NCBI GenBank assembly: GCA_903829325.1
Contig: CAIKPM010000015.1
Span: 33,597-97,596 of the forward strand
From: an uncultured bacterium
GTDB lineage: Bacteria; Vulcanimicrobiota; Vulcanimicrobiia; Vulcanimicrobiales; Vulcanimicrobiaceae
Reading direction: 5' to 3'
Length of the DNA stretch: 64,000 nucleotides
The first letter of the stretch is position 1; the number at the start of each line of letters is the position of its first letter. This document shows positions 28,516 to 37,139 of this stretch, one piece after another. The translations under genes were made by a program, and so were the position numbers. Under the pieces are notes generated by a model. The model was not told the DNA's origin. It worked only from the letters and a program-made list of their open reading frames with translations, and did no database searches.

Positions 28516-28700
28516 GGCGTCCAAGCGTGGCAAGCCTTACAAGCAATTGCACACAGTATCAATCTCGACTATTTTGGTATTGACTGCGCACTTGCATCAA
28601 ACGGTGATGTTGTGGTGTTCGAATACAACGTTGCGATGGTTGTCGCTCAACCGAATGCTCAGCCTCAATGGGCGTATCGCCAGCCAGTGTATGGGTGGTG
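28516..28700 (+). pseudogene. displaced, diverged copy of the 3' end of the TPR/ATP-grasp gene
   Basis: QAWQALQAIAHSINLDYFGIDCALASNGDVVVFEYNVAMVVAQPNAQPQWAYRQ here compares with QAWQALQNIARSINLDYFGIDCALAPNGDVVVFECNVAMVVAKPGVQAQWSYRQ at 25321-25510. There is no homologous upstream part, so it is a fragment. Confidence 0.75.
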
Positions 28701-28990
28701 TGCTTGGTGAGCGCGCGTGACGTCTGAAGGCGCATGCCGGTGGTTCCTCAGGAGCAAGAGTCAGGGTTTCTCTGAGGTGCTTCGGCAGAAAACGTAAGGA
28801 GTTGAACGCGAGCGGCGTGCAGCGCGATTTATCGTAACTACGGAGTGCGCGCAGCACCACCATGGTCAGCGCTCTGTTCAATCAGCTCCTCGAAACGAAT
28901 CCCAACGCCCCCACTCTACGTTTGCGCCAGTTATTTGCGAAAGCCGCGATGATCGTATCAAGGGGGTATTGATATGCAACACGCGTGGCT

Positions 28991-31771
28991 TCAGCCCGTG
29001 GGCTGCTCTGCAAGAATCGTGGTGCAAGGTGCGCAGATGTCCGGGGTGCTTGGGTTCGGGCCTGGAGGCAGAGTTTTCCAGCAGCGGGCGCATTTTTGAC
29101 CCTGAGCGGGCTCCAGCGTAAGGCTGGTTTCCTCGATCGCGGCATCGTGAATCAACTCGAGCTGGGAGACAATTAGCGCCTCGCGGAGGTTGTCGCCTAA
29201 AGCATGAAGAGCTTCGTAATCGGCGCCCACGCGTACGGTCGCGCGTAGTTCGAAATCGCGCATGCCTTCATTGGCCGAGACTGCCGTGCGAAGTTGCTTG
29301 AGTAAGGTCCACACCCGCAATTCGTCTTCGGCGGCCGCAGGTGGAGGCTGGAGCTCCAATTCGAACACGCTCGTCTTGCCCGCGCGCAGCACCTCAGGCA
29401 GATGCTGCCAAGCTTCCTCGGCCGTGAACGACAAGATCGGGGCGAGTAGGGCCAAGAGGGTTTTGAGAATGTAATAACACGCGCTTTGCGCACTGCGGCG
29501 ACGTGGCGCGTGCTTGGCGCTGGAGTAAAGGCGATCTTTGAGCGCATCGAGATAAAAACGTGAGAGATCTTCGCCATCGAAGGCCAAAAGCGCGAGATAC
29601 ACATCATGCAATTGGAAATTTTGGTAGCTGGTGAGGACCCGCCGTTGCACATCGTGCACGGCCGCCACCGCAAGAAGATCGAGCGGTTCGAGTGAGGGTG
29701 GCGCAACGAGCGTCGCAGGCGTGAGGTCACTGAGCGCGGCGAGCAAAAAACGTAGACGGTTGCGCAAATTGCGATAGACATGCGCGACGTTATCGAGCAG
29801 GGTGTCGCCTAAGCGAACATCCGCTGTATACTCGACCGACGTGACCCAGAGACGCAAGACATCAGCGCCATATTTCTGCATCGCATCGCGTGCACCAATA
29901 TAATTCCCAGCAGATTTATGCATCGCGCGTCCATGTGCATCAACCACCCAGCCTGTCGACAGAACGCGACGATACGGCGGAGTTCCGCGCGTCGCCAATG
30001 CCGTGACCAATGAGCTGCGGAACCAGCCACGATATTGGTCGCTGCCCTCGAGATATAAATCTGCCGGCCAATGCAAATCGGGTTTGCCTAAGACAGCCAG
30101 ATGCGTAACGCCCGATTCAAACCAAATATCGACGATCGCGTGCTCTTTGCGAAAACTCGTGCCTTTGCACGTGTTGCATGAAAAATCTGCCGGTATATAA
30201 ACACTGACATCATCGGTAAACCAAACATTGGCACCGTGTTCGCGAAAACGATCCGCGGCGATGCGCGCGATGTCGGGCGAAAGGATCGAGCTTTGACAGC
30301 CCTGACATTGTACCGCGGGAATTGGTGTGCCCCAGGTGCGTTGGCGAGAAATACACCATTCGGGATGGTTCTCAATCATCTGCGCCATCCGACCTTCGCC
30401 CCAGCTTGGCATCCAGGTAACCTGAGGAAGCTGGTCGAGCGTGCGTTGACGTAAGCGATTGGCATCCATGGAAATAAACCACTGAGCGGTTGCGCGATAA
30501 ATCACCGGATTTTTGCAACGCCAGCAGTGGGGATACGAATGCGTATATTCCGTCAGATTGAGCAGCGTGCCATTGGCGCGGAGATCTTCAATAATAACTG
30601 CATTGGCATCGAAGACAAAGAGATTCGCGTATTTGCCGCCTTCGGTGGTAAATCGCCCTTGGTTATCAATCGGCATGAGGGTCGGTAGGCCGCAGCGTTG
30701 ACCGGTGCGGAAATCGTCAACGCCATGGCCCGGTGCGGTATGAACGAGACCGGTGCCCGTATCGAGTTCAACGTAATCGGCTTCGACAACGAGAGCATCG
30801 CGATCGAGGAACGGATGGCGGGTGTGAGCCTCGACGAGCGTTGTGCCAGGTACACTCGCGAGCTCCGTCACTTCATCAAAGAACGGAGCAATCTGTGCGG
30901 CGAGTGCTTGAGCGATGATAATCAGCTCGCTCTTGCGCGCATCGCCGTGCGTGCTGGTGGCCCGAAAGAGACTGTAGGTCGCGTTTGGCTGGAGCGCGAT
31001 CGCGACGTTGGCGGGTAAGGTCCACGGGGTGGTCGTCCAGATGACGAGCGAGAGCGGATCGAGGGAGGCTTCGGCGTGACCGAAACGGGTTAAGAAATCC
31101 TGGCGTTGTTGCGTTGTGGTGCGGAAACGCACGTAGATCGATGGCGATTTTTTATCGTGATATTCGATTTCGGCTTCGGCGAGTGCGGTTTCATCGTGAG
31201 TGCACCAAAGAGTGGGACGTAAGCCTTTATAGAGTTGCCGTTCTTGCGCTAAGGTCGCGAGAGTGTCAACAATCGTGCCTTCAAAATTTGCATCGATCGA
31301 GCGGTAAGGGTGGGCGTAGTCGCCCAGGACACCCATGCGCAGCATTGTTTCGCGTTGAACATCCAGCCAGTGGATGGCGCGTGCGCGACATTGTTCGCGT
31401 AAAGCGATTGGGTCAACCGTGCGAAAATCTAATTTGAGATGGCGTAAAGTCTCCATCTCAATCGGTAGTCCGTGCATATCCCAACCGGGAACGAATTTTG
31501 CTCGATACCCTTGCAGAAGATGCAACTTGACGAATACATCTTTTAAAACGCGGTTGAGAAAATGCCCCATGTGCAGATCGCCATTCGCGTACGGTGGGCC
31601 ATCGTGTAAGGTCCAGATTGGCCCTGTGTTGCGTTCGAGGCGACGTTCGTACACGCTTTGCTCGGCCCACCACGCGACGCGAGCGGGTTCACGTTTGGCT
31701 AAATCAGCCCGCATCGGAAAATCAGTTTGCGGCAGGTTGAGCGTTGAGCGATAGTCTGGCGGCGTGTTCAT
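28991..31771 (-). CDS. ileS: isoleucine--tRNA ligase
   Basis: 926 aa. Shows a HIGH-type motif (PYANGDLHMGH), KMSKS-type KSAGN, and a C-terminal Zn-finger Cys cluster (CARCW...CAPC). Confidence 0.95.
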   Translation of the reverse strand: MNTPPDYRSTLNLPQTDFPMRADLAKREPARVAWWAEQSVYERRLERNTGPIWTLHDGPPYANGDLHMGHFLNRVLKDVFVKLHLLQGYRAKFVPGWDMHGLPIEMETLRHLKLDFRTVDPIALREQCRARAIHWLDVQRETMLRMGVLGDYAHPYRSIDANFEGTIVDTLATLAQERQLYKGLRPTLWCTHDETALAEAEIEYHDKKSPSIYVRFRTTTQQRQDFLTRFGHAEASLDPLSLVIWTTTPWTLPANVAIALQPNATYSLFRATSTHGDARKSELIIIAQALAAQIAPFFDEVTELASVPGTTLVEAHTRHPFLDRDALVVEADYVELDTGTGLVHTAPGHGVDDFRTGQRCGLPTLMPIDNQGRFTTEGGKYANLFVFDANAVIIEDLRANGTLLNLTEYTHSYPHCWRCKNPVIYRATAQWFISMDANRLRQRTLDQLPQVTWMPSWGEGRMAQMIENHPEWCISRQRTWGTPIPAVQCQGCQSSILSPDIARIAADRFREHGANVWFTDDVSVYIPADFSCNTCKGTSFRKEHAIVDIWFESGVTHLAVLGKPDLHWPADLYLEGSDQYRGWFRSSLVTALATRGTPPYRRVLSTGWVVDAHGRAMHKSAGNYIGARDAMQKYGADVLRLWVTSVEYTADVRLGDTLLDNVAHVYRNLRNRLRFLLAALSDLTPATLVAPPSLEPLDLLAVAAVHDVQRRVLTSYQNFQLHDVYLALLAFDGEDLSRFYLDALKDRLYSSAKHAPRRRSAQSACYYILKTLLALLAPILSFTAEEAWQHLPEVLRAGKTSVFELELQPPPAAAEDELRVWTLLKQLRTAVSANEGMRDFELRATVRVGADYEALHALGDNLREALIVSQLELIHDAAIEETSLTLEPAQGQKCARCWKTLPPGPNPSTPDICAPCTTILAEQPTG

Positions 31772-32886
31772 CGGTCAGCACTGTTTCCTTTGTGCGTAAT
31801 GAGGTCCTCGAGTAGCGAAAAATTCCGCTCCGCCGCTGCTTGCATAGCGATGGTTCCTTGAGTCAGGACCGCGTGTAAACTCGTGTGCTCGAGGATCAAA
31901 CGCTCAACGAGACTTTCGATGTTCGGCGGCCGCAGTTTGCTCGGCACGGATGACCACAGACATGGGAGCGGATAGCCAAGATCTTCAACCAAAGCGCTCA
32001 CTTTGGGATCGTAGGCGAGCGCTAGAAATGGAATGCCGAAGCGCGCAGCGAGAATCAGCGCGTGCAGACGCATGCCGATGACAACGTGGCAGCGTGCGAT
32101 AAGCGCCGCCGCAGTTGCAAGGTTCGCCGCAGGTAAAAGGAGCGGCTGACTTTTGCAACGGCGAATAATGGTGGTCGATATTTCTGCATCGCGTGCACCG
32201 CCGAAGGGGAAAAATACCGAGCGCATGCCGTGTTGCTCCCAGAGGAGATCGACTGCTGTGGCGACACGGTCAGCAACGTCGTTCGCCTGATTTGCCTTGC
32301 GAATGCTAATGAACGCCAAGGGGACATCATCGTCAAAGCTGTTGGCAAAACTTGGATCAGGTTCGCTGCTTGGCTCGTAGAGAAAAACTGGGTCCGCGGT
32401 GCGTTCTATTTTGGTTTGCGGTAAGAGTTTCTGCAAGAGTGCCAGAGAGTGCGAATCACGAACGGTGGCTAGATCAATATGACGGCAGAATTCACTGACG
32501 GTTTTTCGCCCCAGTAAATCGAGCGGTCCAATTGATTGGGCGAAAATCATCGTCGTTTTGCGCCGATTGGTTGCTTGCCGAATAATATTGACGTAGTACA
32601 GTAAGCTTTTTAAACTTGTCGCGCTTTGCAGCAGACCGCCGCCGCCCGACAGGACGACATTTGCTTGATCGATCGCGCGTTGTAACGCAGGCAGATTGCC
32701 TCGCGGTGTCGCGCTCACATTGAACTGTCGTGCGGTTTCTTCGGGCGTTGCTGATAAGACGTCGATCGTCGCTTGGGGAAAACGGGCTCGAAGTTGGGTG
32801 ATAATGACTTCAAGCAATGCCTCGTCACCGAGGTTCCCAAAGCCGTAATAGCCGCTGAGTAAGAAGCGGGTGGTGGTGGGATTCAT
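31768..32886 (-). CDS. csaB: polysaccharide pyruvyl transferase CsaB
   Basis: The recognisable N-terminus is MNPTTTRFLLSGYYGFGNLGDEALL at ATG 32886. There are ATGA overlaps at both ends (with the upstream membrane gene and with ileS). The ORF-track extension to 33063 is rejected. Confidence 0.8.
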   Translation of the reverse strand: MNPTTTRFLLSGYYGFGNLGDEALLEVIITQLRARFPQATIDVLSATPEETARQFNVSATPRGNLPALQRAIDQANVVLSGGGGLLQSATSLKSLLYYVNIIRQATNRRKTTMIFAQSIGPLDLLGRKTVSEFCRHIDLATVRDSHSLALLQKLLPQTKIERTADPVFLYEPSSEPDPSFANSFDDDVPLAFISIRKANQANDVADRVATAVDLLWEQHGMRSVFFPFGGARDAEISTTIIRRCKSQPLLLPAANLATAAALIARCHVVIGMRLHALILAARFGIPFLALAYDPKVSALVEDLGYPLPCLWSSVPSKLRPPNIESLVERLILEHTSLHAVLTQGTIAMQAAAERNFSLLEDLITHKGNSADR

Positions 32887-34901
32887 TCGGCCGTTTTCGC
32901 CCAACGTGCGCGATAGAGCACGATCAGAATGCTGCCGAGTATGGCGCCAATCAAAAGGCCATTCCCCAAGCGTAGGAGCGAGACACCGAGCGCGGTATGC
33001 AAATGTGAGAAGGTGTCGATTTCGTCGGCGGTGCCCATTCCGATAGCGAGCGCAAAGAGCCAACCGTAGCGTTGCCGGTCACGAAGGTTGAGCGCGGGTA
33101 GGAGCATCATGGCTGGAAATCCCAGTAAAAATTCTTTGAACCGTGGACGTACACTGAGCAGAACGGTCAATTTCGAACGCAACGCTAGCTCAAACGCAGA
33201 GGGGGCGATATCGCTTTGATTGCCACTGCGCACCAAATACAGCGCGGCGGCCACGAGTAAGATTCCCGCTACCAAGAGCTGATAGACTTTGACCGGAGCA
33301 ACGGCCATCTGCGCTACGGGGGTCGCGCTTTGCCCGAAAACGCGCGTAAAAAGGTAGACCGCTAAAACGATGACGGGTGGGAGTAACAGGATGGCTTTGA
33401 CCCCTGTGAAGCGCTCGATTTCTGTCATCATCAGGGGAGTGCTCAGCAGTCCCACGATCAGTAAAGCCCCACCGAGCGCGGTTCCAATCGAGGTGCCCAG
33501 AACTTTGCCGCCCGCGAGCATCGCGGCTGCTAAGGTGGGCGGGGTTGGTGCGGTAAACACCGGTGCTGTCACGACGACCGCTAACACGGCAAACTCGATG
33601 GCTCCTAGTAAGGCGAGTATTTTGCAGCCCCAGAGTTCATGATGGATGAGCGCGGTGCCACCGAAGAGCAGCACGTCAGTCGCGAACGCGGCGATTACGA
33701 GCGTGCGTGATGCGGGGTGACCGAGCAAATCGAGCAAGAGCAAGAACAGCGCGGGGACGGCGAGAGTAATGCAGCCGATCAACAGCGAGTGCACGCGTGA
33801 TCCAACCCGGAACGCGGGAATCGGGGTGGCTCGGCCTAGCTGCAAACCGCGAGCGAGCAAGCCTTCGTGTAAGCGTTGAATGAAAGCCACATTGGTTGCT
33901 TGGAGCGAGAGTGCACCATTTTGATGCAAGAGCGGGCGGACATACAGCACGCGAATATTGCGCTCGCGGGCGCCCAGTAGATAGCGCGCAACCATGGTTT
34001 CGAAATCGAGCTTGTCTTGCTCGACCTTGGAAATCGCTTCGACGCGCACGGTTTGCCCGACCGTTTTTTGGGCGAGTTCGGCGTCGCCTTTTTGAATCTG
34101 CGTTTTCTCGTACGTCTCGATCGAGCCATAGTTGATGTGGCTGTGATGAAACGCGTCTGCGGCTTCATTAATATGTTGAGGATAGCCCAAGACTTGGTTG
34201 CGCAAGCCAAAGAAGATCATCGTACTGACCCGTTGGTGGGTCAACACATCATGGAATTCCGCATTGATTTGATCCGCGTCGAAGCGCTCGTCGTTCTGAA
34301 GCCGGGGAATCAGCAGCAGCCCTAATTTGCGGGCGACGGTGCGTGGCTCTTCGGGGAGCCCAAAACCGAGACTGCCAAAATAATCAAGCTGGGTACGCAC
34401 TGCTAGCAGATAGGGCGGTTTATCCCGGACGACGCTGATTGAATGAGGCGAAAAATGTAAGTGCAACTGCGTCAGGTAGCGCTCTTTTGCTACGGGAGTG
34501 AAAACGCTGAGGTAGACGGTATCCGGCTGGATGGCATGGCGGCGGACTAAATCGGCCAGGACGGGATCGGCCAAGCCACCGATGCGCGCCTGATCGAGCA
34601 GAGCTTGCCCGCCGCTGACATAGCCCTCGCGGCCGCTGTTGATCGAGCTGCCCAATTCTTCGCTGACCGCCAGTGAGGTCAAGCCCGCCCGACGCAAGGC
34701 GATCAAGAACGCGTTCTGATTGTAGTCATACGAGCGGGACAGAGCTTGAAAATCGCTCCAATCGAGCGCTATTTCGACGCGGGAGCTTGCAGCCTCGATA
34801 TGGGCGCGCTTGAAGCCGACGTACGCGGCAACAAGTAGGGCGAGTGCTAGGACAACCATCAATCGAAAACGCGACATTTGGCGCGCCGTTGGCGCTCGCA
34901 A
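32883..34901 (-). CDS. large membrane protein: N-terminal anchor, ~330-aa extracytoplasmic domain, C-terminal multi-TM domain (DUF5693-like, CsaB-associated)
   Basis: 672 aa; the topology is read from hydrophobic segments. The family name is from memory of csaB-neighbouring genes and is not verified. Confidence 0.45.
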   Translation of the reverse strand: MRAPTARQMSRFRLMVVLALALLVAAYVGFKRAHIEAASSRVEIALDWSDFQALSRSYDYNQNAFLIALRRAGLTSLAVSEELGSSINSGREGYVSGGQALLDQARIGGLADPVLADLVRRHAIQPDTVYLSVFTPVAKERYLTQLHLHFSPHSISVVRDKPPYLLAVRTQLDYFGSLGFGLPEEPRTVARKLGLLLIPRLQNDERFDADQINAEFHDVLTHQRVSTMIFFGLRNQVLGYPQHINEAADAFHHSHINYGSIETYEKTQIQKGDAELAQKTVGQTVRVEAISKVEQDKLDFETMVARYLLGARERNIRVLYVRPLLHQNGALSLQATNVAFIQRLHEGLLARGLQLGRATPIPAFRVGSRVHSLLIGCITLAVPALFLLLLDLLGHPASRTLVIAAFATDVLLFGGTALIHHELWGCKILALLGAIEFAVLAVVVTAPVFTAPTPPTLAAAMLAGGKVLGTSIGTALGGALLIVGLLSTPLMMTEIERFTGVKAILLLPPVIVLAVYLFTRVFGQSATPVAQMAVAPVKVYQLLVAGILLVAAALYLVRSGNQSDIAPSAFELALRSKLTVLLSVRPRFKEFLLGFPAMMLLPALNLRDRQRYGWLFALAIGMGTADEIDTFSHLHTALGVSLLRLGNGLLIGAILGSILIVLYRARWAKTAE

Positions 34902-34979
34902 GGCGCCATCCTGCCCGCTCTAACAGGGTATATTCCACAGAGGATGGTAGCTGACTGGGTTCGGCCTCTTTACTAATGC

Positions 34980-36179
34980 GTGCTTTCGCGGTATGCTGAC
35001 GTGACGCAAATAACGCGCCCTGAAGGGCGTGATAGAAAAGGAACCGATACTATCTCTACCGTTCATGTTACCTCGCCCGAAATTGAAGAAGGCGAAGACC
35101 AACTCGCATTTGAGCAACGGCTTTACGAAGAAAGCCTTAAGGTTCTCGATGAGGGCCAGGTGCTCAGTGGCGTTATTGTAGCTAAGTACCAAGATGAGTT
35201 GCTCGTCGATATCGGCGGCAAATCCGAAGGTGCCTTGCCTTTCCGTGAGTTATCCCTTGCGATCGAGCCCAAGGAACTGAATCTGGGTGATCGCCTTGAG
35301 GTGATGATTCATCGCATCGATGAAGATGGCGCGCTGTTTTTATCCGAGCGTCGTGCTCGCGCGCTGAAAACCTGGGAAAAAGTTATCCAAGCCCACGAAA
35401 CCGATGAAGTCATTGAAGCTACCGTGACCCAAGTGGTCAAGGGTGGCGTTCTCGTTGATTTAGGGATGCGTGGGTTCGTCCCGGCTTCTCAGATTCGCCG
35501 CCAACCGGTTGGCAATCTCGATGAGCTCGTTGGCAAGCGCTTGCGCCTGAAGGTGATCGACCTTGATCACAAGCGCCATCGCGTCGTGTTATCGCAGCGC
35601 TTGGTGCTCGAAGAAGAGCTCAATGCGAAAAAACAGGAGCTGCTTGGCACCCTTTCGGTTGGTCAGATTCGCGACGGAGTCGTGGTTCGTCTTGCTGAGT
35701 TCGGTGCTTTTGTTGATTTGGGTGGGGTCGACGGTCTGATCCACAACAGCGAGCTCGCTTATGAGCGGATCAATCATCCCTCGAAGGTCGTGAAGATTGG
35801 CGATGTCGTCTCCGTTGAGATCATGAAATTCGACGCAGACGCCAAGAAGGTCAGCCTTTCCTTGAAGCACGCTTTGCCTGATCCGTGGTCGGTGAACGCC
35901 GAAAATCTCTGGGAAGGCAATAAGATCCCCGCTCAGGTGGTCAAGGTTACCCCGAACTATCTGCTCGTGGAAATCTTTGCCGGAGTCCTGGCGATGGTTC
36001 CTAAGGGTGAGTTTGAGCCACAACGTCAGTACGTGGTGGGTGAAGACTTCGAAGTGACGTTGCTTTCGATCAATGAGGCTACGCGTCGGATCACGTCTTC
36101 TATCCAGCATGTTGCTGACATTGCACCTGAGGAAATCGCCGAGCTAGTCGCGGAAGATATTCTCGTTTCTCTCGACTAA
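34980..36179 (+). CDS. rpsA: 30S ribosomal protein S1 (four S1 domains)
   Basis: Repeated S1 OB-fold motifs are visible (GVIVAKYQDELLVDIGGKSEG, ATVTQVVKGGVLVDLGMRGFVP, DGVVVRLAEFGAFVDLGGVDGL, PAQVVKVTPNYLLVEI). The exact start (GTG 34980 or downstream) is uncertain. Confidence 0.88.
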   Translation: MLSRYADVTQITRPEGRDRKGTDTISTVHVTSPEIEEGEDQLAFEQRLYEESLKVLDEGQVLSGVIVAKYQDELLVDIGGKSEGALPFRELSLAIEPKELNLGDRLEVMIHRIDEDGALFLSERRARALKTWEKVIQAHETDEVIEATVTQVVKGGVLVDLGMRGFVPASQIRRQPVGNLDELVGKRLRLKVIDLDHKRHRVVLSQRLVLEEELNAKKQELLGTLSVGQIRDGVVVRLAEFGAFVDLGGVDGLIHNSELAYERINHPSKVVKIGDVVSVEIMKFDADAKKVSLSLKHALPDPWSVNAENLWEGNKIPAQVVKVTPNYLLVEIFAGVLAMVPKGEFEPQRQYVVGEDFEVTLLSINEATRRITSSIQHVADIAPEEIAELVAEDILVSLD

Positions 36180-36201
36180 GTTTTGTTGAAGGAAAATCTT
36201 G

Positions 36202-36240
36202 AGAGCCGAGGCGTTCACACGAATGCCTCGGCTCTTTCGT
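36202..36240 (+). terminator. rho-independent terminator candidate after rpsA
   Basis: 11-bp GC-rich stem agagccgaggc / gcctcggctct with a 12-nt loop, followed by ttcgtgt. Confidence 0.6.
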
Positions 36241-36256
36241 GTCGTGGAGGATGCAG

Positions 36257-36853
36257 ATGCGGGTTGGTTTGACCGGAGGGATTGGTTCAGGCAAAAGCAC
36301 GGTGGCCCGAGTTTGGACTGAGTGCGGCGCCCTGGTTATTGATGCGGATGCCTCGGCGCGAGAGGCTGTCGCACCTGGCACGCCGGCTTTGGCGCAGATT
36401 GCTGCGCTTTGGCCAGAGGTGATCACCGTAAGTGGTGAGCTCGACCGTCCGGGGTTGGGGCGTATCGTCTTCGCAGACGACGAGGCACGTCATCACTTAG
36501 AGGCCATTGTGCATCCGGCTGTTCGGGCGATCGCACTCGAGCGTGAACGTATGGCCGCGCCAGACCAGGTGATTGTGCACATGGTCCCTTTACTGTTCGA
36601 AGTTGGCTATGATCAGCGCTGTGATATGACGGTGCTCGTGGTGGCTCCAGTTGACGAGCGCATTGCGCGTGTTTGTGAGCGCGATCGATTAGCTCCTGAT
36701 GAAGTCCGCGCTCGTATGGCACGCCAAATCGATCCCGACGCAGCGCGCGCGCGTGCCGATATCGTCATCGAGAACGCCGGAGATCTGGCCAGGCTCGAAC
36801 GTCAAGCGCGTAAGGTCTATGAGGTGCTCTGCGGTCCGACGAAATATCCGTAG
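36257..36853 (+). CDS. coaE: dephospho-CoA kinase
   Basis: MRVGLTGGIGSGKST P-loop at ATG 36257, 6 nt after GGAGG. Confidence 0.88.
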   Translation: MRVGLTGGIGSGKSTVARVWTECGALVIDADASAREAVAPGTPALAQIAALWPEVITVSGELDRPGLGRIVFADDEARHHLEAIVHPAVRAIALERERMAAPDQVIVHMVPLLFEVGYDQRCDMTVLVVAPVDERIARVCERDRLAPDEVRARMARQIDPDAARARADIVIENAGDLARLERQARKVYEVLCGPTKYP

Positions 36854-37128
36854 CGCCGCACGCTGCAATCGGAAACAAACGCAACGCCAGAGCTATGCTC
36901 AAAGAGTTGGTCGAGGCCGCTCATCACTACGTCAACCTGTTCTTCACTCAGCACCGACATCACCAAGACCTGGCTATTCATTTCGTTAAACAAGAGTCGC
37001 CCTTCATGGTAGCCATCATGACCCATTCCCGAGACATTGGGGATGACGGTATATCCGCTGACCTTTGCTAGCAGGAGCAGTTCTTTGATTGCTTCGATCC
37101 GTTCACCAGGAACGACAATCTGCAGCAT
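36817..37128 (-). CDS. P-II-like small signalling protein (CPII-like, DAB-associated)
   Basis: About 103 aa from MLQIVVPGERIEAIKELLLLAKVSGYTVIPNVSGMGHDGYHEG... It shows a beta-alpha-beta segment, a Gly-rich T-loop-like segment, then a second beta-alpha-beta, as in the P-II fold. It lies 12 nt downstream of dabA, and its 3' end overlaps coaE by 37 nt (convergent). Confidence 0.55.
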   Translation of the reverse strand: MLQIVVPGERIEAIKELLLLAKVSGYTVIPNVSGMGHDGYHEGRLLFNEMNSQVLVMSVLSEEQVDVVMSGLDQLFEHSSGVAFVSDCSVRRYGYFVGPQSTS

Positions 37129-37139
37129 TTTGAGGGGGG

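Noticed and set aside
28429-28710. 93-aa ORF as an independent small gene
   Set aside because: Only its C-terminal two thirds resemble anything (the ATP-grasp 3' end). The N-terminal part is unrelated read-in sequence. I treat it as a gene fragment.
32887-33063. 59-codon N-terminal extension of csaB in the ORF track
   Set aside because: It would overlap the upstream membrane gene by 180 nt. The ATG at 32886 gives the canonical CsaB N-terminus and an ATGA stop/start junction.
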